Source of the DNA: Gemmatimonadota bacterium
GTDB taxonomy: Bacteria > Latescibacterota > UBA2968
DNA: 64,000 nucleotides
Assembly: GCA_026705765.1 (NCBI GenBank)
Contig: JAPPAB010000168.1
Location: 56-64,055, forward strand
Reading direction: 5' to 3'
Shown: positions 57,263 through 64,000 of the stretch, one piece after another
How the letters are laid out: the number at the start of each line of letters is the position of its first letter
Position numbering within the stretch: the stretch's first letter is position 1
The notes under the pieces: generated by a model
Told to the model about the DNA's origin: nothing
The model's input: the letters and a program-made list of their open reading frames with translations, nothing else
Database searches by the model: none
Made by a program: the position numbers and the translations under genes

Positions 57263-58621
57263 TTATCTCGGGTCCATTACTCGCCCGACAAATAGAGTGG
57301 TATTGGTCGCTATGTCCCGGATGAGGAAGATGAATGGCCGATCGATCGTGACTCTCGGAGGGAGGGATGTTACGCCTATGACTACGCCGGTGGCAGCAGC
57401 GGCTTCTGTGCCGTTCTCATTGACGAGGACGAACGCCTTGTGAAAGGCGTCCGAAATGGACAGGTCTTTTGTTCCATCCATGCCCGAGAAGTCCGCTAAT
57501 TGCGGGTTAAAGGCATCGGATATTCCCATCTTCTGGAGCATTGCGCCCAGCTTGAATTGGGCTTCAAACTCGAATGAGGGCATGATGAGTTCTATGCGGT
57601 TGCGTCTCAGGTCTTTCGAAATTCGACCGATGAGTTCGGCGTTTAGCGATTTTTCGAATGGGTCAAAATTGCCTTTGTCGGGGAGCAGGATGACCATGGA
57701 TATTTCACTGCCATCGTAGAGCAACTCAACGGCCTGATATTCCGTGCCCCTCGCATAGCCGAATGATTCGGTCTGTCGCATCATTGGTACTCTAACGCTG
57801 TTGCCTGTGAGCAAATGGAAGTCACCTGCAGAAGTGGCTCTTTCGTCAAAGGTGTGAAGCCAGGCCGCGTTGAAGTAGATGGCATTGGTGAGGACTAAGC
57901 GGGTCAAGTTGTCGATGGCACCAGAGGGAATCAGGTCTTTGATTTTGTCTTCGGTCTGATGGGCAACCCAGTCGTTGATTGTGACTCGCGAGTTCTCGGG
58001 TGCCTCCGTGAAGTTTGCGATTCTCATTCCAGCACCGTAATTTTCCGCCAGTTTGTCCAGAAAGTTCTGCTGGAAGTTATAGCCCTGTTGTCCCCAGATC
58101 GCATTGGCGATGTTCAATCGAAAGCCCTTGCCATCCTGGCCACTGCTGCCTTCGCCTCGTGAGGCGAGTTGGAGATCGAGGGCGTTAAATGCGGCGTGCA
58201 ATTTGTCCTGGGTCAGGATGAAGTGTAGTGCGTTTGACATCTGACGTTCGGTTTCGCCTCTTGCACCGGCATATGTCATGGCAAGTGCCAGCGAGATGCT
58301 GTAGGGCGAATAGAACAGGTTTCCGCTTTCTTCTTCGCGCAATTTTTGATACAGGTTAAAGGCGAAAGCGTTGTTGCCGCGTGCCAGGTCTGTTAGTTCT
58401 GAATCTGTTGCCAGAGGTACGGTCACGCGTGTCTTTTCTGATCGCACTTCTTCTGTTGCTGACGCAGATGGTGTCTCAGTTGGAGGTGGTGCCGTGGGAG
58501 AGACCTCCGGTAATTTACCGCATCCGAGTATTGCGATTGATAGTATTATGGCAGGTAGCAAATGGTTGGTTGGCTGTTGTGTCATTTTCATGTTAGCCTC
58601 CTTGCCCCGGCTACGTCTCAA
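57263..58621 (-). CDS. Serpin-family protease inhibitor with lipoprotein signal
   Basis: 'NAIYFNAAW', reactive-centre-loop hinge 'ENGTEAAAATGVVIGV', C-terminal 'DRPFIFLIRD'. Lipobox 'ILGCG'. Confidence 0.8.
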   Translation of the reverse strand: MRRSRGKEANMKMTQQPTNHLLPAIILSIAILGCGKLPEVSPTAPPPTETPSASATEEVRSEKTRVTVPLATDSELTDLARGNNAFAFNLYQKLREEESGNLFYSPYSISLALAMTYAGARGETERQMSNALHFILTQDKLHAAFNALDLQLASRGEGSSGQDGKGFRLNIANAIWGQQGYNFQQNFLDKLAENYGAGMRIANFTEAPENSRVTINDWVAHQTEDKIKDLIPSGAIDNLTRLVLTNAIYFNAAWLHTFDERATSAGDFHLLTGNSVRVPMMRQTESFGYARGTEYQAVELLYDGSEISMVILLPDKGNFDPFEKSLNAELIGRISKDLRRNRIELIMPSFEFEAQFKLGAMLQKMGISDAFNPQLADFSGMDGTKDLSISDAFHKAFVLVNENGTEAAAATGVVIGVTSLPPRVTIDRPFIFLIRDIATNTTLFVGRVMDPR

Positions 58622-58806
58622 TGGATAGGTAGAGAAAAATTATCTCAAATTGCGGTGTAAATCAAGGTTTATTGTTCGCGATGGTCCGAGGTATCAGTTT
58701 TTTCCCAATCTGGATGCTCTCGTTTTTTCTATGAGTTGCGAAAAAAATATAGTATATTGAACTTATCAGAAGTTCTTTGTTTTTCATTTTGTGAAAGGAT
58801 AGCTGT

Positions 58807-60642
58807 ATGCCCAACGCGTTGCTTGTATATCCAAAGAATCCGGTGACGTTCTGGAGTTTTGATGAAGCTTTGAGGATGGTCGGAAAGAAGTCGGCTTTTC
58901 CGCCTTTGGGGTTGTTGACGATTGCCGGTATGATGCCCGATCACTACAGTTTGCGCGTGGTGGATGTGAATGTGCATGCACTGACAGATGAAGATCTGGA
59001 TTGGGCAGATGTTGTGATTACATCGTCGATGATTATTCACTGGCATTCTCTCGAAGAAATTATTGCCCAGTGCAATGTCGCAGGTGTGCCCGTGCTCAAT
59101 GGCGGTCCGCTTCCCACGCAGTATTGCGAAGATATTGAGGGAGATGCGGTCTTTTATCTGGGCGAGGCTGAAAATGGCTTTATGGATGTGGTCGATCGAT
59201 TGGTATCTGAGCCTTACAAGGGTGGGCGAGAGTACATTGATCGGCGGGGTGAGTTTCAAAGCCTCGCAACAACACCGCTCCCGCGCTGGGATCTGATCAG
59301 TTTTGACGATTATACTGTGATGGTGATTCAGATTACGCGGGGCTGTCCCGAAAGTTGCACATTTTGCAATATCCCCGCGCTTTACGGCAAGATAACGCGT
59401 TTGAAAAATAGCAGTCGCGTGGTTCAGGAACTGGACGCTCTTTACGATAGGGGCTGGCGAGGCTCGGTTATGGCGGTTGATGACAATTTTGTTGGCAACC
59501 GCGAAGAGATTCGAGAAACACTGGAAGAAGAGGTGGTTCCCTGGCAAAGAGAGCGCGGGTATCCTTTCCAACTCTTTACACAGGCCAGCATTCGCGTGAG
59601 CGATGATCCCGCGTTGTTAGAGGCGATGTACCTCGCCGGATTTGATAAAATTTTTGCGGGTATTGAATCGCCAGTGAAAGAAAGCCTGAAGTTTATGGGC
59701 GCGCAAAAGAATCTGCAGGGCGATACGCCTTTGCTGGATAAGGTTAAGATTCTGCAAGAATACGGCATGGAAGTTCAGGCCGGTTTTATCATGGGTCTGG
59801 ATACGGATCCAGATGATATTGCCGATCTCATGATTGCGTTTATCAGAGAAGCGGGTATTCCCGTGGCTATGGTGGGGGTTTTGGGCGTGCTGCGCGATAC
59901 ACCCGATTACAAGCGCTACAAGCGGTTGGGTCGCCTGCGCGAAGACGTAAAATATACGGGCGATTCGGGTATTTTCAGCCGGCAGTTGAGTTATGAGCCC
60001 CTCATCGATCCCGACGAATTGCTGGCGCGCCATCGCAAGGTCCTCGAAACGCTGAATAGTCCAGAGATTTTCTTTGAGCGCTGCCGCACGCATTATGCAC
60101 ATCGCGCGCGCAGGGCAATTCCGTCAATGCCAATTGGTTGGACGGAACTCAGGGCTGGTCTTCGCTCTTTTTGGCATCAAGGGGTGGTCGGGTATTATCG
60201 GTGGACGTTCTGGAAGTTTATGGCCCATATGCTTCTGCATCATCCCCGCGATTTTGGGGATGCCATACGCATGTCCATTCACGGCCGTCATTTGATTCTC
60301 ACCACGCGCGACGCGCTGCAGGTTGATGAGGTGCAGACATTTTTGGATGAGGCGCTGGATCACCTGAAGCGATTTAGCGAGGGGTATAAAGAGGTGAGTG
60401 TCAGTGATTACGCGAGCAAGTTGATGCACGCCTTGCACGGGCGATTTGATCATTTTCAGGACGATTATCGCACTTTGCAACACAATGCCGAGGTGATGTT
60501 AAAGGCCGCTCAGGAATACTGCGGGTTGATCCGCAAAGAATTTCGCCACCAGGTTGCGGAACCTCTCGAGCGTTTTCAACAAGAGATTGAAGCAATTCTC
60601 GAATCATATCCCGCACAAGGCCGTTTGCAACCTGCTCGGTAG
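58807..60642 (+). CDS. B12-binding-domain radical SAM protein with DUF4070-like C-terminal domain
   Basis: N-terminal cobalamin-binding Rossmann region. 'CPESCTFC' radical SAM cluster. ~230-aa C-terminal helical domain. Confidence 0.8.
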   Translation: MPNALLVYPKNPVTFWSFDEALRMVGKKSAFPPLGLLTIAGMMPDHYSLRVVDVNVHALTDEDLDWADVVITSSMIIHWHSLEEIIAQCNVAGVPVLNGGPLPTQYCEDIEGDAVFYLGEAENGFMDVVDRLVSEPYKGGREYIDRRGEFQSLATTPLPRWDLISFDDYTVMVIQITRGCPESCTFCNIPALYGKITRLKNSSRVVQELDALYDRGWRGSVMAVDDNFVGNREEIRETLEEEVVPWQRERGYPFQLFTQASIRVSDDPALLEAMYLAGFDKIFAGIESPVKESLKFMGAQKNLQGDTPLLDKVKILQEYGMEVQAGFIMGLDTDPDDIADLMIAFIREAGIPVAMVGVLGVLRDTPDYKRYKRLGRLREDVKYTGDSGIFSRQLSYEPLIDPDELLARHRKVLETLNSPEIFFERCRTHYAHRARRAIPSMPIGWTELRAGLRSFWHQGVVGYYRWTFWKFMAHMLLHHPRDFGDAIRMSIHGRHLILTTRDALQVDEVQTFLDEALDHLKRFSEGYKEVSVSDYASKLMHALHGRFDHFQDDYRTLQHNAEVMLKAAQEYCGLIRKEFRHQVAEPLERFQQEIEAILESYPAQGRLQPAR

Positions 60643-60663
60643 GACACACTGCGATACAAAACA

Positions 60664-60704
60664 AAAGCCCGGTATCATAAAAAGATATCGGGCTTTATTT
60701 TTTC
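60664..60704 (+). terminator. Intrinsic terminator after radical SAM gene
   Basis: aaaGCCCGGTATCataaaaaGATATCGGGCtttattttttc. Confidence 0.6.
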
Positions 60705-60742
60705 TTAAAAAGAAGCCGGAGACACTGTCTTCGGCTTCTCAG
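60705..60742 (-). terminator. Intrinsic terminator for trxA (minus strand)
   Basis: GAAGCCGGAGACActgTGTCTTCGGCTTC stem. The T-run lies on the minus strand (tttttaagaaaaaa). Confidence 0.5.
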
Positions 60743-60744
60743 TT

Positions 60745-61071
60745 TTAAGCGAGTACGGCTTTGAGTTTGTCTTCTATCGCGCTTTTGGGGACAGCGCCGA
60801 TAAGCTGATCTGCCTGTTTGCCGTCCTTAAAGATGAGTAATGTGGGGATGCTGCGAATGCCAAATCCCTGTGCTGTCTGCTGGGCGTGATCTACATCGAC
60901 TTTGCAGATTTTAACGCGACCATCGTATTCACGCGCGAGTTCTTCAATGCTGGGGGCAATCATCCGGCACGGACCGCACCATGTTGCCCAAAAATCTACG
61001 AGTACCGGAAGATCGGAATCGACAACTTCTGTCTGGAAATTTTCATCTGTAACATTCAATGGACTTCCCAC
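60745..61071 (-). CDS. trxA: Thioredoxin
   Basis: 'WATWCGPCRMIAP' active site. 108 aa. Confidence 0.9.
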   Translation of the reverse strand: MGSPLNVTDENFQTEVVDSDLPVLVDFWATWCGPCRMIAPSIEELAREYDGRVKICKVDVDHAQQTAQGFGIRSIPTLLIFKDGKQADQLIGAVPKSAIEDKLKAVLA

Positions 61072-61142
61072 TTTGAGACTCCTTTCGGGTTGGGTTTTGT
61101 TCTGATGAGAGTGTGCTAAACTACCAGATTTTTACGGGGTTG

Positions 61143-62168
61143 TCAAGGGGATGCACGGCAGATTCGATAGGCCAGATGGGCGAGAATCTCGTGCGGTGTC
61201 CCGCCGCTGGATTTGAGGCGGTTATCTGCATCGAGAAGGGCATCATGGGCATTCCAGAGTGCTCGTTCGTCGAATAGACGGGCCTGATCGAGGTAGTTAT
61301 TGAGAAAAAAAGCGGGTACTTTGAGGCGTGAAGCCATTGCATTTCTGGGTAGGCGCTGGCCCGATATCCATTGCGCGCGCCGCAAAATCCCAAAGTGACG
61401 GATGAGTAGCGCGATTGTGCCGGCAGGATGTTCTCCCTGTTCGCAGAGCCGTCCAATGAGGATCTGTGCTTTGTTCAACTGACGGTGCCCGAGTGCGTCG
61501 GCGAGTTCAAAGACTGTGATCCCCCGCGTGTTGTCGATCACCTGGGCGACATCTTCGCGCGAGATTGGATTGGATGGGGTAGCGATAAAGAGTTTTTCGA
61601 TTTCGCCGTTCAATTCGCGCAAATTTGACCCGATGCTCATGTGGAGCAGGTGAGCCGCGTCGGGCGCGATTTGCCTACCCAGGGTTTTGACATGTGTCTG
61701 TATCCAGGCCGGGATCTCATTGTCGTAGGGTGGGCGAAATTCGATTGCACTCGCGCGTTTTCTGAGTTCGGCAAATAGTTTTTTGCGTCCATCGGGTTTG
61801 GCGGCTGTGATGATTATGGTCGTTGTTTCGGGTGGAGATTCGATGAGGGGCAAGAGTTCGGAGCTGGCTGAATCGGGTAAGCGGTCGGCGTTTTTGAGGA
61901 CGATCAGGCGGCGTTGCGCCATCATTGGAAAGGTGAGTGCTTGTGCAATGAGCTGGGGAATATCGAGGTCTTCGGCGCGATAGATGTCGAGATTGAAGGG
62001 ACGCGCCGCGGGTTCAATGAGGATTTCGACGAGGGCGTTGAGAAGCTGGTCGCGTTGAAAATCTTCTTCCCCGTAGAAATAGTAGAGGGATGAGATTTCG
62101 CCTTTTTTTACGGCATCGAGGATTTGAGCTGGCGAGGGTCCAGTTTTGCGAGGACGTCGGGTAGCCAT
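61143..62168 (-). CDS. holA: DNA polymerase III delta subunit
   Basis: '…YYFYGEEDFQRDQLL…' N-terminus and overall HolA three-domain length. Confidence 0.8.
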   Translation of the reverse strand: MATRRPRKTGPSPAQILDAVKKGEISSLYYFYGEEDFQRDQLLNALVEILIEPAARPFNLDIYRAEDLDIPQLIAQALTFPMMAQRRLIVLKNADRLPDSASSELLPLIESPPETTTIIITAAKPDGRKKLFAELRKRASAIEFRPPYDNEIPAWIQTHVKTLGRQIAPDAAHLLHMSIGSNLRELNGEIEKLFIATPSNPISREDVAQVIDNTRGITVFELADALGHRQLNKAQILIGRLCEQGEHPAGTIALLIRHFGILRRAQWISGQRLPRNAMASRLKVPAFFLNNYLDQARLFDERALWNAHDALLDADNRLKSSGGTPHEILAHLAYRICRASP

Positions 62169-62186
62169 CTGTTTTATCCGAGGGGT

Positions 62187-62354
62187 CTAAAGGTCTTTAA
62201 AGTCCGCGTCTTGAATTTGTGAATCGTCAATGTCGCGCCGTGATTTTTTTTTCGATGCTTCAGGTGGGCGCATTAGGATGGCGAGAAACAAGCGACCGAC
62301 AAAACGAAAAAATAGGACAAGAGCAAGGACGATGAGAAATATACGAAGCAACAT
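62187..62354 (-). CDS. Small single-TM membrane protein (hypothetical)
   Basis: 'MLLRIFLIVLALVLFF…' followed by a basic/acidic tail. The longer ORF form would overlap the RND gene by 56 nt. Confidence 0.35.
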   Translation of the reverse strand: MLLRIFLIVLALVLFFRFVGRLFLAILMRPPEASKKKSRRDIDDSQIQDADFKDL

Positions 62355-62379
62355 GGGCGTCTCCAGGAGCCTTGATGGC

Positions 62380-64000
62380 TCAATCTGCGGCGGTGTGGCG
62401 GTATGTGGGTGTCGATTCAATTTTGGGCGCGCCAAACCATCGCCAGATAAGGCTGATTAGAACAGGTACAACGACCAGTGTGAGGGCAGTGGCAAATGCG
62501 AGACCAAAGATGACAGCCACGCCCATTGGTCCCCACCATTGACTGCTGCGTCCCCCAATTTCCCATGAAAAGGAAAGAAAGTCAAAACTGATACCCGTGG
62601 CAAGGGGCAACAGGCCCAGGATGGTGGTTATGGCTGTGAGTATGACGGGGCGAAATCGCACGACGCCTGCGCGTATGATTGCCTCGCGCGCTGAAAGGCC
62701 GCGCTGGCGCAATTGCAGGGTATAGCCGATTAGAACGATGGCGTTGTTGACAACCACGCCCGCAAGGCTGATCACGCCAATGCCCGTCATGAGAATGCCA
62801 AAAGGAGTTCCGGTGACTATCAGGCCGATCAACACGCCAATCATAGACAAAATGACGGAGGTGAGAATGGTAAAGGGCAGGGCCAGGGAATTGAATTGCG
62901 TAATCAGAATGAGCGCGATGCCCGCCAATGCTATGAGCAGAGCTTTAGAAAGAAAGGCGGTGGCTTTTTGCTGTTCTTCATTTTCTCCAGAATAGGCGAT
63001 CTGATAGCCCGGTGGCAGGGGAAAATTGGATAGGGCTGCTTGCACATCGCGCATGGCTGCATCAGATGTGCGGTCTTGCACTTTGCCTTCGATGGAGATT
63101 ACGCGCTTGAGATCCTTGCGCCGGATGCTGCCAAATCCCCCGCCCGTTTCTATGCGTGCAACCGCACTTATGGGCGTGATTTTGCCATCTTTTTCAATGG
63201 TGATGCGTTCGAGGTCGGCGAGGGTGTTGCGTTTGTCGGATTTGAATCTCACGCGAATATCGTATTCGTCTTCGCCCAGCCGATATTCGGATGCTTCTGA
63301 GCCGTAAACAGCCGAGCGTACCGTAGCGGCAATCAGGCGTGTATTGAGGCCCGCTATTGCAGCGGCTTCTCGATCTACGACGATGCGGACTTCGGGACGC
63401 CCCCGGTCGTAGTCGTCTTTGAGATCGACAACGCCGGGCACTTCGGCCACGATGCGCTTGATACGTGCGGATAGTTGACCCAAAATTTCGAAATTTTCGC
63501 CGGATACCTCAACGCTGATGGGCGGGCCTACCGGTGGTCCGCCGCGTTCTTGAGATAATTCGATTTCAGCGCCAGTCAGATTTTTGAGTTTGTTGCGAAT
63601 TTCCTCAATGGTCTTAAAAGAGGATTGTTGTCGAATACTTTCATCGACAAAATCAACGGAGATGCGACTGGCATTTGAAACGCCTTCGCCAGACGCAAAT
63701 TCATCGCCTCCAGAGACGCCCACGTTGGCGACATAGGTTTCAACATCGGGAATATCGGAGAGAATAGATTCGATCTGACGCGCCAGTTGATCCGATGTTT
63801 CGAGGTTTGTGCCCGATGGCGCGCGCACGTCGATATAGGCTGTATTGGGTTCAATTTCGGGAAAAAATTCGATGCCTCGACCTGTGAAGTAGTACGCCAA
63901 AATGACGAGGAGGAGTGTGCTCGCTGCAAGAGTGAGGGTTATTCCCGGGTAATTGAGTGCCAGTTCGAGGCGGCGCTGATAGGCGTTGAGGCTGCGCTGA
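62380..64000 (-). CDS. RND-family efflux permease (AcrB-like), 5'-truncated by window edge
   Basis: C-terminal half of an RND pump (TM7-12 plus porter subdomains). The reading frame stays open to position 64000. The apparent TTG start at 63900 is internal. Confidence 0.8.
   Translation of the reverse strand, partial: QRSLNAYQRRLELALNYPGITLTLAASTLLLVILAYYFTGRGIEFFPEIEPNTAYIDVRAPSGTNLETSDQLARQIESILSDIPDVETYVANVGVSGGDEFASGEGVSNASRISVDFVDESIRQQSSFKTIEEIRNKLKNLTGAEIELSQERGGPPVGPPISVEVSGENFEILGQLSARIKRIVAEVPGVVDLKDDYDRGRPEVRIVVDREAAAIAGLNTRLIAATVRSAVYGSEASEYRLGEDEYDIRVRFKSDKRNTLADLERITIEKDGKITPISAVARIETGGGFGSIRRKDLKRVISIEGKVQDRTSDAAMRDVQAALSNFPLPPGYQIAYSGENEEQQKATAFLSKALLIALAGIALILITQFNSLALPFTILTSVILSMIGVLIGLIVTGTPFGILMTGIGVISLAGVVVNNAIVLIGYTLQLRQRGLSAREAIIRAGVVRFRPVILTAITTILGLLPLATGISFDFLSFSWEIGGRSSQWWGPMGVAVIFGLAFATALTLVVVPVLISLIWRWFGAPKIESTPTYRHTAAD

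Noticed and set aside
62380-63900. Track-defined complete 506-aa ORF starting with TTG at 63900
   Set aside because: The frame remains open upstream to the window edge (…NYPGITLTLAASTLLLVILAYYFTGRGIEFF…) and matches the middle of an RND permease. The gene is 5'-truncated by the window, not a 506-aa protein.
1-64000. CRISPR arrays, tRNA/rRNA genes, IS elements or prophage genes
   Set aside because: Every intergenic region over 80 bp was inspected. No regularly spaced direct repeats with unique spacers, no cloverleaf-compatible 70-90-nt segments with a T-loop GTTCRA, and no transposase, integrase, capsid or terminase-like ORFs were found.

Overview
This 64-kb window is a gene-dense bacterial chromosomal segment of roughly 52% GC with about 65 protein-coding genes. 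I could find no rRNA, tRNA, CRISPR array, transposase or integrase by eye. The likely source is an uncultivated bacterium that degrades sulfated glycans: it carries four formylglycine-type sulfatases, a BNR-like protein, a ThuA-like protein, a Gfo/Idh/MocA oxidoreductase, two PhyH dioxygenases and a lipoprotein serpin.

Housekeeping genes recognised from motifs:
- DNA replication and repair: dprA, recJ, holA.
- Cell wall, envelope and central metabolism: murQ, folD, lspA, mtnP, trxA, amt.
- Translation and regulation: rluD-like pseudouridine synthase, dksA/traR-family regulator.
- The yggS-yggT-divIVA cell-division cluster.

Accessory regions:
- A low-GC islet at about 17.57-20.06 kb. It holds a class II Fic AMPylase fused to an unknown C-terminal domain that contains an internal tandem repeat, an orphan small ORF, and an antitoxin/RelE pair.
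- An operon at 21.6-27.6 kb. It combines a TrpD-fold protein with degenerate PRPP-binding motifs, a sulfatase, an NCS2 permease with a cytoplasmic C-terminal extension, a beta-RFAP-synthase-like GHMP protein and a DUF1330 protein.
- A ClpX paralogue at 9.9-11.4 kb. It lacks the zinc-binding domain and has a partially duplicated C-terminal lid, and it sits divergent to the ribosome-quality-control gene rqcH.
- A sigma-less partner-switching module at 29.4-36.7 kb. A STAS protein, a REC-PP2C phosphatase and an RsbW-like kinase are translationally coupled to a LivK-type binding protein and a HAMP histidine kinase, with an ammonium transporter next door.
- A PspA-centred envelope-stress cluster at 49.1-54.1 kb resembling the E. 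coli yjf cluster.

Smaller observations:
- A nested palindromic repeat element present at two intergenic sites.
- Several intrinsic terminators.
- Structured leaders upstream of the STAS gene and the agcS gene.
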